NCBI GenBank assembly: GCA_049517415.1 | Contig: JBEKSC010000003.1 | Coordinates: 89,733-153,732, forward strand | Source of the DNA: Candidatus Bathyarchaeia archaeon | Lineage (GTDB): Archaea > Thermoproteota > Bathyarchaeia > 40CM-2-53-6 | DNA: 64,000 nt | Direction: 5' to 3' | Program-made: the position numbers and the translations under genes | Notes under the pieces: generated by a model | The model's database searches: none | Told to the model about the DNA's origin: nothing | The model's input: only the letters and a program-made list of their open reading frames with translations | In this document: positions 10,782 to 21,340 of the stretch, one piece after another | How the letters are laid out: each line of letters opens with the position of its first letter | Numbering within the stretch: the first letter of the stretch is position 1

Positions 10782-11767
10782 CTGTTACAGAGATCCTAGA
10801 AGCCATAATATTTCCAGGCGTACTTTTCACGATAGCAATGGGTTTTATTTTCGACTGGCTTGACAGAAAAACCGCAGCCCGTATGCAAGGCCGAATAGGC
10901 CCAAAGATCACGGGGCCATCCGGAATACTTCAACCGCTCGCCGACTTTCTGAAGCTTCTCTTCAAGGAGGAAATAATCCCCTCCCACGCAGATAAGGTGA
11001 TTTTCCTATTCGCCCCAGCATTGTACTTTCTCGCGCCTTTGCTTTCGATGCTGTTCATTCCGATAATTGCGTTGACACCGACCGCAGGTTTCGATTTTGA
11101 CTTGCTCGTCATACTGTTTCTGTTGGCCTTTGCGGCGTTCGTAGTCGCGGTTCTCAGCTATTCTTCCGCCAGCAGCTTTACCACGATCGCCACGGGAAGG
11201 CTGGTTCTACAATACGTGAGCTACGAAATTCCATTAGTCCTAGCCATAGTTACCGCTGCAATCTACTCACGAAGCCTATCCGTGGAGGGAATCGTGGCAT
11301 CTCAAACCGGGCTCTGGAATGTTTTCGTGATGCCATTCGCCTTCGGAGTATACGTCATAGCCCTCATGGCGGAGCTTGAGAAACCTCCCTTCGATATTCC
11401 CAGCGCCAAGACAGAAATCGTGGCCGGCTGGCTCACAGAATTCTCCGGCCGCGCACTTGCGTTCCTTAAACTCACGAAGGAAGTAGGTTACGTATTCGGT
11501 TCCGCACTCGCGGTGTCGCTTTTTCTCGGCGGGCCCCTCGGCCCAGAGATGGGGACCGCTATCCCAGCACCGTTCCAATACTTCATCTATTTCATGCTTA
11601 AACTTCTGGCAGTCGGATTCTTGATATTCGTCCTGAAGACTGCGTTAGCACGCGTAAAAATCGCGCAAGCGACCGAACTCTTCTGGAAAGTACTAACACC
11701 GGTCAGCCTTGCACAGCTCGCACTAGTCCTGGTTCTAATTCAAGGAGGGATTCCTCTTGCCGCGTAG
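10778..11767 (+). CDS. NuoH-like membrane subunit
   Basis: DRK..ARMQGRIGP, QPLADFLKL, PFD motifs. Confidence 0.9.
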   Translation: MTVTEILEAIIFPGVLFTIAMGFIFDWLDRKTAARMQGRIGPKITGPSGILQPLADFLKLLFKEEIIPSHADKVIFLFAPALYFLAPLLSMLFIPIIALTPTAGFDFDLLVILFLLAFAAFVVAVLSYSSASSFTTIATGRLVLQYVSYEIPLVLAIVTAAIYSRSLSVEGIVASQTGLWNVFVMPFAFGVYVIALMAELEKPPFDIPSAKTEIVAGWLTEFSGRALAFLKLTKEVGYVFGSALAVSLFLGGPLGPEMGTAIPAPFQYFIYFMLKLLAVGFLIFVLKTALARVKIAQATELFWKVLTPVSLAQLALVLVLIQGGIPLAA

Positions 11768-12146
11768 AAAGACAGGTGCCGCCATACCTGAAATGTTCCG
11801 CACACTAATTGAGAAACCAGGTACTCAAGTCTACCCATACGAGAAAGTGAACCTGCCGCAACGGTTCCGTGGCAAGCTGGACATAGACCCAGCCAAATGC
11901 ACGGGCTGCCAGGTCTGCGCAATGGTCTGCCCTGCCAGCGTTATCACAATGGTTGACTTTGGGACCCGCAAGGTTGGCGACCGCGTGCTTCCAGTCAAAC
12001 GCCCAGAGTTCAACCTGGCCACTTGCATTTTCTGCGGTGAATGCGTCGACAACTGCGCTTTCAACGCACTTGAGATGACTAAGCAGTTCGAGTTAGCTAC
12101 GCCACACAAGGAAGACTTGGTGATGAGGAAGGCTCTCGCAAAATGA
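11757..12146 (+). CDS. NuoI-like 2x[4Fe-4S] subunit
   Basis: CTGCQVCAMVCP and CIFCGECVDNC. Confidence 0.9.
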   Translation: MPRRKTGAAIPEMFRTLIEKPGTQVYPYEKVNLPQRFRGKLDIDPAKCTGCQVCAMVCPASVITMVDFGTRKVGDRVLPVKRPEFNLATCIFCGECVDNCAFNALEMTKQFELATPHKEDLVMRKALAK

Positions 12147-12655
12147 GTTTTGATGTAACCTTCATTCTGGGCACAATGTTGGTGGGTGTCACCATCGTTG
12201 CCTTAATGGTGCGCAAATTGGTTTGGTCTCTAATCCTGCTCTTTTACTCGAGCATAGTCTTCGGCCTACTACTCATAAGCTATGGCGCAACCTTCGCAGG
12301 CCTATTCCACATCATAACCTTCGCTGGAGCCGTCTCAGTGCTCTTCATGGTCATACTGATGATTGTTGGAGGGCAAGCACTCAGCGACAAAATTGGAAAA
12401 GAAAACCTCACAGGAATGATTCTCGCGGTTCTCGCCGCTATACCCCTCGTTATCATAGTCTCGAACTTCCAACCATTCCCGGTCAGGTTGGATGAGCGAA
12501 CTCAACTCCTCGGCCTAGCGATTCAACCTAACGACCCACTCAGTTTTCTGTGGGCTCTACGATCCTGGGATCTGCTACTAGTCGTGATTCTCGTAGCCGC
12601 CGCTATGCTTGGCGTGATGAACATGTTCTCCCGAGAAGGAGGCCCAGAGAAGTGA
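12143..12655 (+). CDS. NuoJ-like membrane subunit
   Basis: Hydrophobic, FAGAVSVLF motif, operon position. Confidence 0.8.
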   Translation: MSFDVTFILGTMLVGVTIVALMVRKLVWSLILLFYSSIVFGLLLISYGATFAGLFHIITFAGAVSVLFMVILMIVGGQALSDKIGKENLTGMILAVLAAIPLVIIVSNFQPFPVRLDERTQLLGLAIQPNDPLSFLWALRSWDLLLVVILVAAAMLGVMNMFSREGGPEK

Positions 12656-12960
12656 ACGAGCAGCAGCTCCTACAAGTCTTCGCAGCCCTACTCTTCGTTT
12701 CAGGGTTCGGAACAATCGCCACCACGAAGAACCTTGTCAAAATGATCATGGGCTTCCAGGTGATGATTTGGGGAGTCAACCTTGCGCTATTCGCCGGCGG
12801 CCTAGTTAACGGCCAAGTTACACTATTCTCGACCTCGCTGGTGATAATTTCAATCTCAATCGGCGCAAGTGTAGAAGCCCTCGCGCTGTCGCTCGTCATT
12901 CTAGTCTTCCGAAGATACGGAACCCTTAACCCATGGGAAATTAGGAGGCTCGCGCACTGA
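12652..12960 (+). CDS. NuoK-like membrane subunit (GTG at 12652 overlaps upstream stop)
   Basis: KNLVKMIM..N, EALAL..RRYGT pattern. Confidence 0.8.
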   Translation: MNEQQLLQVFAALLFVSGFGTIATTKNLVKMIMGFQVMIWGVNLALFAGGLVNGQVTLFSTSLVIISISIGASVEALALSLVILVFRRYGTLNPWEIRRLAH

Positions 12961-14723
12961 CCACTCTATACGCAGAATGGCTCGTTTGGGCCCTACCCTT
13001 CATAGCGATACCCTTCACCCTAGGCTTATCACGCTGGCCTAAAGTAAGAAACTGGTTCGCCGCAACAATAACCGGCCTCACATCTCTATTGGCAGTAGAT
13101 CTGCTGCTCGAAGTGCAAAATGGTGGGATAATTGATTCATCGTTTTCATGGCTGTCAGCCTACGGTTTCAAGGTGACAGTGCACGTAGATGGTTTAGCAG
13201 CTTTCTTAGCGGTAGTAGTGAATTCACTTGGTTTCTTGATTGTTGTTTATTCACAGGGCTACATGGGGCATGAGAAAGGCCTACCCAGATACTATTCGCT
13301 CGTTCAACTCTTCATTGGCGCCATGACTGGCCTAGTCCTTGCCGGAAACTTTCTCCAGCTCTACATCTTCTGGGAAATAGTAGGCATATGCTCCGCGTTC
13401 CTGATAGCCTTCTGGTATGACCGGCCGGAAGCAGTTCGTGCTGGCCTCAAGGCCTTCATTGTCACAAGGGTCGGGGACGCGGCATTGCTAATCGGGTTTG
13501 TCTGGCTCTACGTCACAACGGGGAGCGTAGACTTCCAGAAACTGAGCACACTAGCCTCACAGGGGTTCATCCCCGCGTCAATCCTTACGGCGACAGGAAT
13601 ACTGGTCCTCGTCGGCGCGATGGGTAAGTCCGCGCAGGTGCCGCTCCACGTTTGGCTACCCGACGCAATGGAAGGACCAACCACAGTTAGCGCCCTGATT
13701 CATGCTGCTACAATGGTAAACGCAGGCGTTTACTTGGTCGCTAGAACATACCCGATCTTCTCCACCAGTCAAACATGGCTCTCCGCCGTGGGCTGGGTTG
13801 GCATAATCTCAGCCCTGCTAGCCGCTAGCATAGCCACTGTTACCACGGACATAAAACGAGTCCTAGCTTACTCAACAATCAGCCAATTGGGCATAATGTT
13901 TGCAGCACTCGGAACGGGGACGGCAGGCGGATGGTTTGCCTCCCAATTCCATTTGATGAGCCAAGGCTTCTTCAAAGCACTTGGATTCTTGGCAGCGGGG
14001 TCGATCATTCACGTTCTCGGGACTCGTAACATGGAGGAAATGGGCGGCCTACGAAAGCGTATGCCCATCACTTTCCTAGCATTTCTATTCTCAACACTGG
14101 CCCTAGCTGGTGTCCCGCCGTTCGTTGGTTTCTGGAGCAAAGACCTCATCGTAACTGAACTATCTTTGGCTGGCCAGAACATACAGGCCATGCTCATTCT
14201 AGTTGTTACAGTGCTCACATCATTCTACATGTTCCGTGCGCTCTTCAAAGTGTTCTTCGGGCCTGAGAGCAAAATGGCGCAAGAGAAGAACATTCACGAA
14301 TCGCCGAAAACCATGACGATACCGCTCCTCATCCTGAGCGCTTGCGTACTCGTGTTGGGCTTTACAGAAGGCCCAGCTGCGAACTTACTCGGTATAACGG
14401 AGAACCTGACATTCGAGTTACCAATCATCGCCGCCTCTATTCTTGCGATTTTGATTGGGCTGACGCCATCCTACTTTGCGTTCTACCTGCACAAACCTGA
14501 CCCATCAACCTTCCTTAAGCAACACCCCAGCCTCGGGACATTGAGGCAAATCATGCTGACTGGCTATGGTTTTGACGCCCTTTACCAAAGAGTCTTCGTC
14601 AATCCGCTATCGAAGATTTCGAGCACGGTTAGGGAAATTCAGACTGGAATCTTGGCTAAGAATCTCTGGCCCATGCTAGCAATCCTAGTGCTGCTCGCGA
14701 TCTGGGTGGTGCTGTACCTATGA
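12957..14723 (+). CDS. NuoL/MrpA-like antiporter subunit (in-frame extension to CTG at 12957; ORF track starts 13089)
   Basis: KSAQVPLHVWLPDAMEGPTTVSALIHAATMV; DIKRVLAYSTISQLG. Confidence 0.9.
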   Translation: MTTLYAEWLVWALPFIAIPFTLGLSRWPKVRNWFAATITGLTSLLAVDLLLEVQNGGIIDSSFSWLSAYGFKVTVHVDGLAAFLAVVVNSLGFLIVVYSQGYMGHEKGLPRYYSLVQLFIGAMTGLVLAGNFLQLYIFWEIVGICSAFLIAFWYDRPEAVRAGLKAFIVTRVGDAALLIGFVWLYVTTGSVDFQKLSTLASQGFIPASILTATGILVLVGAMGKSAQVPLHVWLPDAMEGPTTVSALIHAATMVNAGVYLVARTYPIFSTSQTWLSAVGWVGIISALLAASIATVTTDIKRVLAYSTISQLGIMFAALGTGTAGGWFASQFHLMSQGFFKALGFLAAGSIIHVLGTRNMEEMGGLRKRMPITFLAFLFSTLALAGVPPFVGFWSKDLIVTELSLAGQNIQAMLILVVTVLTSFYMFRALFKVFFGPESKMAQEKNIHESPKTMTIPLLILSACVLVLGFTEGPAANLLGITENLTFELPIIAASILAILIGLTPSYFAFYLHKPDPSTFLKQHPSLGTLRQIMLTGYGFDALYQRVFVNPLSKISSTVREIQTGILAKNLWPMLAILVLLAIWVVLYL

Positions 14724-16225
14724 ACGATTGGATAACACTATTCTCAACTTTCGCCCCGGGCTTCTTTGGCGCATTCGGCATACTCATCCTAGACTTGATC
14801 TTCAAGAACAGAACGAAACATCGCTCCGCTATTGGTGGCGTAATAGCCATCGGTGCCCTCTCCCTAATCGCGTTTAGCAACTGGCAACAGGCTGCAACTG
14901 TGTTAGCGACGGGTAAGCCTATTGTGATAAGCCTTGAACCGAGCCTGTTAGCTACAACCTTCACGATAACTCTGCTAGGCGTTTACATATCCTCAATTGC
15001 ACTGTTGCTCTGTGTTCTAATCAGCCTGTACTCTATTGCATACCTTTCGAAGGAGGGTAGCTCAGCCCTCTTTCAATCTCTAATTCTTCTGCTCTACCTC
15101 AGCATATACGCGGTCACAGTCTCAGGCGACCTGCTCACTTTCTTCATAGGTTGGGAGGGTATGAGTGTCGCCGCATATGGCCTGGTAGCCTTCTACAAGC
15201 ACAGTTGGGAAGCTATCGAGGCTACAGTGAAGTACTTACTGATGAGCGGAATAGGAAGCCTCACAGCCCTTTACGGAATTGCGCTCATATACGGCCTAAC
15301 AGGTACCTTGAACATTGAGAGCTTCGTGAAAGGCTTCGCCACACCGACTTCGACTGGAACGTTGGCCCTCGTTCTCGTTTTCATGGGGTTCGGAGTTGAA
15401 GCTGCTATTGCGCCGTTACACATGTGGTTACCTGACGCTCATCCTGCAGCCCCTAGCCCTATGAGCGCTCTACTGTCTGGGATTATCATTGAAGTTGGAA
15501 GTTTCGCCTTCATTCGCCTTCTTGGCCCGATTCTAATTCTGCCAGCTTACGTGATTCTGGCTCAGCCGATAATTGCGGCCGCTGCGGTCGCAACAATGTT
15601 CGTCGGCAACCTGTCAGCATTACAGCAGGACGATTTGAAACGGTTACTAGCCTATTCGAGTATAGCGCAAGTCGGCTACATATTACTAGGAATCGCGACC
15701 CTAACCCCAGCGGGGTTCTCAGCGAGCATATTCCACATCTGGAACCACGCACTCCTGAAGGGGATGTTATTCCTCCTCGCAGGAATCGTTACCTACCAAA
15801 TTGGCACCAGAAGCTTGACTGAGATGGCCGGGTTGGGAAGGAAAAGCCCGATACTTGCAGCGCTTTTCGGGCTCAGCGCGCTAGCTATGACTGGCGTCCC
15901 ACCCTTCGGCTTATTCTGGAGCGAACTGCTGATAGTTCTCTCAAGCCTAGCCGTCGGCTCGATTGTCCTAGATGCGGCGGTCGTGTTAATGCTGCTCAAC
16001 TTACTCATCTCGATAGCGTACTACTTCCGAATAATTCGAACCATCGCTTTCGCAGAACCGAGCAGTCACCTGAACGGAAACGGGGCGACCAAAATACCGA
16101 AGCTACTGCTGATTCCATGCATTGTATTAATCGCCCTCAGTTTGATTACGGGCCTCTACCCGAACCTTTTCTACCAACCAGCAGCAAATGCTGTTAATGG
16201 GCTTCTAACCGGTTTCTCATGGTGA
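14720..16225 (+). CDS. NuoM/N/MrpD-like antiporter subunit
   Basis: PLHMWLPDAHPAAPSPMSALLSG; DLKRLLAYSSIAQ. Confidence 0.88.
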   Translation: MNDWITLFSTFAPGFFGAFGILILDLIFKNRTKHRSAIGGVIAIGALSLIAFSNWQQAATVLATGKPIVISLEPSLLATTFTITLLGVYISSIALLLCVLISLYSIAYLSKEGSSALFQSLILLLYLSIYAVTVSGDLLTFFIGWEGMSVAAYGLVAFYKHSWEAIEATVKYLLMSGIGSLTALYGIALIYGLTGTLNIESFVKGFATPTSTGTLALVLVFMGFGVEAAIAPLHMWLPDAHPAAPSPMSALLSGIIIEVGSFAFIRLLGPILILPAYVILAQPIIAAAAVATMFVGNLSALQQDDLKRLLAYSSIAQVGYILLGIATLTPAGFSASIFHIWNHALLKGMLFLLAGIVTYQIGTRSLTEMAGLGRKSPILAALFGLSALAMTGVPPFGLFWSELLIVLSSLAVGSIVLDAAVVLMLLNLLISIAYYFRIIRTIAFAEPSSHLNGNGATKIPKLLLIPCIVLIALSLITGLYPNLFYQPAANAVNGLLTGFSW

Positions 16226-16231
16226 TCTATA

Positions 16232-16570
16232 ATGAGTGAAGTGGGAAGAGAACGGATAATCAAAGATGTGGAAAGCCTCGACGAAGCAGTCAAAGCCGAG
16301 AAGGATGTGGAGTCAGGTTACCACGGCGTCATAGACGAGAACATATCGTACTGGCTAGCCGTCGAAGAGGACATCGTCGAAAGCTACACGAAGTTAGCCA
16401 AGGAAAGCAAGAATAGAAAAGTCAAAACCACTCTCAAGGGAATTATAGACGACTCCAAGAACCACATTCGAATGCTAACATCGATACGCAAAGCCTTTAA
16501 CAAAATTATGGCGGACGAACACCGCCACGCAGCGCTGCTACAAGAGTTGGCTGAAACCACGCGCAAATGA
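16232..16570 (+). CDS. Small helical protein, possibly ferritin-like
   Basis: E..Y and DE..H-type helical patterns. Confidence 0.45.
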   Translation: MSEVGRERIIKDVESLDEAVKAEKDVESGYHGVIDENISYWLAVEEDIVESYTKLAKESKNRKVKTTLKGIIDDSKNHIRMLTSIRKAFNKIMADEHRHAALLQELAETTRK

Positions 16571-16771
16571 TTCGGCCACTGAGAAAACCGATCGATTTAC
16601 CTACGCCTCTCAACCGCAAGATGCTGGAACTGGCTGAGTTTCATAAAGTGATAGTGGAGCGAAGAATTTCAAGAATGAGGTTAGACCACCCAATCGAAGG
16701 GTTCTGACGCGTTGAACTCGATGACATTTCTGAGGTAATGTCTAACAAGTAGATTCGATGCGTCAAAATCA

Positions 16772-17371
16772 TTACAGCGTGCTAGTTTCCTTTCTGTCAA
16801 GTAAGATGTTTATTATTCTAAAAGTTAATCCCCACACTGTGTTTCCGCCGTAAATGTAGCCGTCAACACTCAGTTTTCCCTCCTCGACCTTTACTTCGGT
16901 TCTCTCGACTTCGCTCACGTCCAAGATGCTGAGAGGTACCCAGAATTTCTCTGCCACCTCTTCATTCGATTTAAGGATCACACTTGTCTTCAATTGGAAG
17001 ATAAAGGGGGCAACTTGGACTTGGCGCGTGCGGGCGTACACTAGTGGGAGTTGCCCAAGGAGTTCATGCTCTCGCAGGTCGATTCCGACTTCTTCATGTG
17101 CCTCCCGGATCGCTGTTTCTAAGAAGTTTCGGTCGCTTGAGGCTTTGTGGCCGCCGGGAAAAGCTATCTGGCCTGACCATGGGTCCCCTACCCGTTCAGT
17201 TCTCTTGATGAGAAGGATTGAACCTCTTCGATCCTTAGGGTTGATGATGATTGCAACGGCCGCTTCGGGGTGTCCCTTATCCGATTCAGGAATCGCCCCC
17301 TCTCTTCGAAGACGCGCTTTGAGCGACTCAAGGTCAAAGGTATCCGTCGAGCAGCCACCTCCTTGCTGCAT
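16772..17371 (-). CDS. Nudix hydrolase (CoA pyrophosphatase-like)
   Basis: DPWSGQIAFPGG...AIREAHEEVG Nudix box, VWGLT. Confidence 0.88.
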   Translation of the reverse strand: MQQGGGCSTDTFDLESLKARLRREGAIPESDKGHPEAAVAIIINPKDRRGSILLIKRTERVGDPWSGQIAFPGGHKASSDRNFLETAIREAHEEVGIDLREHELLGQLPLVYARTRQVQVAPFIFQLKTSVILKSNEEVAEKFWVPLSILDVSEVERTEVKVEEGKLSVDGYIYGGNTVWGLTFRIINILLDRKETSTL

Positions 17372-17717
17372 TAGTGCGCATTCTATTTGAACGGTCTCTT
17401 GGGGGACGGGGCGTTTGGGGGCCGCCTACAAGGGGGGTACGCTCGCCCAGCTTGGCTCTATTACTGCGTCGGTGTTCGAACGCCCGACAGGCGTATTTCG
17501 TTAGGAAGCAATCGCGGGTAATCTTCTCCCAAGAACTAATCTGTCAACGGTGAAGAATTCTCTTAGAAAGATGCCGCAAGCAGCTGATTTTTCAGACAAA
17601 CCTGAACAGAACAACTCAAGTCGCGTTTTCGCATAGCTTCCTATGAAAGCTTAACGGGAGAAGAATTTATCAGTCGAGCACCAACTCACGCCCCCAATTG
17701 CTCTGGAGTTCTTTGAT

Positions 17718-18941
17718 TTGCCAAGTGTCGATGACGCTTTAGGTCGGATTGAGAGATCCCGTAATGACATCGAACGTTTCATGGTAGAGATGCTGAAGAT
17801 TAAAGCCGTAAATCCGGATGGCGGTGGCAAAGGCGAGTATCAACGGGCGCTCTTCGTCAAGAAGTGGCTGGAAGACCTAGGGTTCAAGGTGACGCGCCAT
17901 GATTTTCAAGATAAGCGAGTGCCGGAGGGTGTCCGCATAAACCTGACCACAATCCTTGAAGGACAAGACAAGAGTAGAACTCTCTGGTTGGCTGCACACT
18001 TAGACACCGTTCCCGAGGGCGCCCGGGATCTCTGGGCAACAGACCCCTATGACCCAGTCATAAAGGACGGCAAAATATTCGGGAGGGGTTCTGAGGATAA
18101 CGGTCAAGCCATTGGCTCTATTTTGTTCTCTGTGAAGGTGTTGAAGGAACTGGGCCTTAAACCTAGAATCAACCTCGGAGTTGCCTTTGTGTCCGACGAA
18201 GAGTCGGGCAGCAAATACGGCGTCATTCCGCTCATAGAGAAGAACGTGTTCAAACCTACAGATGTAGCCATCGTTCCAGATACGGGAAGCCCGGACGGTT
18301 CTCAGATCGAAGTCGCAGAGAAGAGCATTTTGTGGTTGAGGATTACTACGAAAGGCCGGCAAGTTCACGGAAGCACCCCTGAGAAAGGGCTTAACGCAAG
18401 CAGAATCGGAATGAAACTAGCTCTCCAAATGGACGAAATGCTCCACGCAAAGTATACTGCAACCGACCCATTGTTCGAACCACCAGTTTCAACTTTCGAA
18501 CCCACGAAACACGAAGCGAATGTGGATAACGTGAACACTGTCCCAGGCCTCGACGTGCAATACTTTGACTGCCGGGTACTTCCCAAATATCCCCTAAAGA
18601 CGGTGATGGAAGACATCGAATCCTTGAAGTCCAAAGTTCAAAAAGAAACAGGAGCAACGATTGAGATTTACCAGATACAACACGAAGATAATACTAATCC
18701 AACCCCAGCCGACAGCGAAATTGTTCAGAAATTGAAGGCTGCACTCAAGGTGATGCGCGGCATAGATGCAAAACCTATCGGCATTGGCGGTGGAACCGTG
18801 GGATTGTATTTCAGGCGCAAGGGAATCCAAACCGCCGTCTGGTCCACACTAGAAGATATGGCCCACCAACCGAATGAATACTGCAAGATCGACAACATAG
18901 TCGATGACGCGAAAGTCTTCGTCCATGTCGCAATGAACTGA
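17718..18941 (+). CDS. M20 family metallo-hydrolase (ArgE/DapE-like)
   Basis: AHLDTVP, GRGSEDNG, DEE, AHQPNE. Confidence 0.88.
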   Translation: MPSVDDALGRIERSRNDIERFMVEMLKIKAVNPDGGGKGEYQRALFVKKWLEDLGFKVTRHDFQDKRVPEGVRINLTTILEGQDKSRTLWLAAHLDTVPEGARDLWATDPYDPVIKDGKIFGRGSEDNGQAIGSILFSVKVLKELGLKPRINLGVAFVSDEESGSKYGVIPLIEKNVFKPTDVAIVPDTGSPDGSQIEVAEKSILWLRITTKGRQVHGSTPEKGLNASRIGMKLALQMDEMLHAKYTATDPLFEPPVSTFEPTKHEANVDNVNTVPGLDVQYFDCRVLPKYPLKTVMEDIESLKSKVQKETGATIEIYQIQHEDNTNPTPADSEIVQKLKAALKVMRGIDAKPIGIGGGTVGLYFRRKGIQTAVWSTLEDMAHQPNEYCKIDNIVDDAKVFVHVAMN

Positions 18942-18951
18942 CTAAGTAGCT

Positions 18952-19839
18952 ATGGGTGCGCACAGGCGCGATTGCAAATCGATGAAGCTACCACACTTGC
19001 AACTCACAGCCAGAGTCGCTAGGCCATCCGACTTTCAACTAGTCGCAAAGCTCTGCAGGCGTGCGGCCGGTCCTTCAGACTATGTGCCCTCTATTCTTAG
19101 GGAGACAATTGAATGTGGAGGTCTCTTTCTTGCATGGAACAATTCTGAACTTGTTGGCATGACAAATTTTGAGAAATGCATAGACGGAAGCGGCTGGTTA
19201 GGCATGGCACGCACAGACCCAGACTGGCGCCGAAGAGGCGTTGCGGTCTTCCTTCAAGAGCAGATAGCTGCTCACGCCAAGAAAGGAGGAATAACAACCC
19301 TTAGGTTGGTGGCTTCCTCTAGAAATACCCCTTCAATAATGGCAATCAGGAAAGGCGAATTCAAACAAGTGTGTGAAGCCGCCCATATTTCCTACCATTT
19401 CAAAACGGCCGGTAAGAACCCATCCATCCCCCCTTGTGGCCGATTGTCGGAAACTCAACTTGACGCCGTTCTTCATTCAGAATACCTCTCTCAGATGAAT
19501 GGATATTTGCCTTACAATCGGCGCTTCGTTAAAGCAAACAAACGTCTCCTCAAGATGATCTTTCGAAGAGGAGAAGTCTATACGATGGGAGGAACGGCGT
19601 TTATTCTAACGCCGCCGAAGAAAATCTTCGGCGAGCGTGCGACGAGTTTGAGTCTACTCACTGGCAAAGTAACCGATTCATTTAGGCGTTCTAAGAATGC
19701 AGCAAAAGCATTTAGAGCCCAAGCAATGCGCGCGTATATTCCGTATAACCGATACCAGATGAGAACCGCTGAGGAACTCGGATTCAGGAGAGAGCATTGG
19801 GGACGTCACTGCCTCGTGTTCGAAAGAAACATACCTTGA
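18952..19839 (+). CDS. GNAT family acetyltransferase
   Basis: RTDPDWRRRGVA acetyl-CoA motif. Confidence 0.7.
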   Translation: MGAHRRDCKSMKLPHLQLTARVARPSDFQLVAKLCRRAAGPSDYVPSILRETIECGGLFLAWNNSELVGMTNFEKCIDGSGWLGMARTDPDWRRRGVAVFLQEQIAAHAKKGGITTLRLVASSRNTPSIMAIRKGEFKQVCEAAHISYHFKTAGKNPSIPPCGRLSETQLDAVLHSEYLSQMNGYLPYNRRFVKANKRLLKMIFRRGEVYTMGGTAFILTPPKKIFGERATSLSLLTGKVTDSFRRSKNAAKAFRAQAMRAYIPYNRYQMRTAEELGFRREHWGRHCLVFERNIP

Positions 19840-19868
19840 ACCAATCGACTGAAGGATTGTGAGTCGCA

Positions 19869-20660
19869 GTGCCATTGATCAGTCTGCTCACTGATTATGG
19901 GTGGTTAGATCCTTTTGTCGGCGAGATGAAGGCAGTTATTCTTTCAATTTGCCCTGAAACTAGAATAATAGACCTCACACATCAAGTTCAGAAGTTCGAC
20001 GTTCGATTGGGAGCCTTCCTTTTGGCTGGGGCCGCTTCTTATTTTCCATCCGGGACGATTCACGTTGGAGTGGTTGACCCTGGTGTGGGGAGCAGTCGTC
20101 GTGCAATCGTAGTGCAGTCACGGCGCGCTATTTATGTCGGCCCGGACAACGGGTTGCTGGTTCCCGCTGCGCAGCGGGAACGTATTCTTCACGTTTATGA
20201 GTTAACTAATCGTTCCTTCATGCGAGATGAAATTTCCGCAACATTTCACGGAAGGGATATTTTCGCTCCAACCGCCGCACACTTAGCTTGCGGGAAGATG
20301 CCGAAGGAATGTGGGCCTGAGATTTCCGATTACGTGCGACCATCCTATTCCCAACCCACGTTCGATGGCAAGACAATTACTTGCGAAGTATTTCACATTG
20401 ATGGCTTCGGAAACATCGTGACCAATGTCTCAAATCACATCGAAAAGTTGGAGCTAAGGTTCGGGGATAAGGTTTCGCTCAAATTCAAGAAGAAGCGGAT
20501 TCCAGCACGCTTTGTCCGAACCTATTCAGACCTTAAGAGGAAAGAGTTTGGAATCCTCTTCGGGAGCCATGGGTTCCTCGAAATAGCCAGCCGAGAGGCT
20601 AGCGCGGCGAGTAGGGTTCGCGTTAGAATTGGGAGTGTTGTTCACGTCGGTGGTGTTTAG
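19869..20660 (+). CDS. SAM hydroxide adenosyltransferase (DUF62, chlorinase/fluorinase family)
   Basis: LLTDYG, VVDPGVG, GPDNG, TFHGRDIF, DGFGN. Confidence 0.9.
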   Translation: MPLISLLTDYGWLDPFVGEMKAVILSICPETRIIDLTHQVQKFDVRLGAFLLAGAASYFPSGTIHVGVVDPGVGSSRRAIVVQSRRAIYVGPDNGLLVPAAQRERILHVYELTNRSFMRDEISATFHGRDIFAPTAAHLACGKMPKECGPEISDYVRPSYSQPTFDGKTITCEVFHIDGFGNIVTNVSNHIEKLELRFGDKVSLKFKKKRIPARFVRTYSDLKRKEFGILFGSHGFLEIASREASAASRVRVRIGSVVHVGGV

Positions 20661-21183
20661 GCTCGTCGCTTAACGCGAGTTCCTTCAATCTTTCATCGCC
20701 AAATATGGTCTTGATGTAGGCTGCGACCGAGGCAGGTACGAGTTTCTCCCAACTTTCGCCGTTGACTACACGTTCGCGTATTTCAGTTGACGAGTAAGTT
20801 TCCCGGTCGTAGAAGGGTATAGGTTCGACGCGGAAGCCGGCTTCTTTGAAGAGGCGTGAGGTGACAGGTTCGTTAGAGAAAACAACTTCGAAGCGAGGCG
20901 TTTGGGAGACGAGGTGTGAAACCCAGAGGTCGTGTATTCGAAGGTCACGGACTGGGATCAGGTAATACTTGGATGGCTCAATCTTAACCTCATCTAAGGC
21001 GAGGCGAATCATCGTAACCCGTTCCCCAGCAGTGAAGGGGTTATGTAACGTGTGGCTGAACTGGGCGCTCCCTATCACAATGATAGCTTCGGACATTTTA
21101 TTCAGTATGTATTGGACGCAGTGTAGGTGGCCTAAGTGGAAGGGTTGAAAGCGCCCTATCAACAACCCGCGTTGTTTGTCCAA
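20623..21183 (-). CDS. nadM: Nicotinamide-nucleotide adenylyltransferase
   Basis: GRFQPFHLGH, GSAQ.SH...NPFTAGER, SSTEIR. Confidence 0.9.
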   Translation of the reverse strand: MDKQRGLLIGRFQPFHLGHLHCVQYILNKMSEAIIVIGSAQFSHTLHNPFTAGERVTMIRLALDEVKIEPSKYYLIPVRDLRIHDLWVSHLVSQTPRFEVVFSNEPVTSRLFKEAGFRVEPIPFYDRETYSSTEIRERVVNGESWEKLVPASVAAYIKTIFGDERLKELALSDEPKHHRREQHSQF

Positions 21184-21340
21184 GTTTCAGCTATCCTGAG
21201 TTTGTTCCGTTCCATGCCTTCAACCGCCTATTAAGAGAACGCTCTCACCCACCGCCGCGTTCGCGAGTCTGTGATGAGATGTTTAGTCTAGACAGTTCCG
21301 GGTCTAATCGTTTAGTGAAACGTGATCTCTACTCTTATCT

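Noticed and set aside
17390..17520. GC-rich intergenic stretch as 5S/SRP/other ncRNA
   Set aside because: Could not match conserved motifs or a convincing fold by eye; needs an Rfam search.
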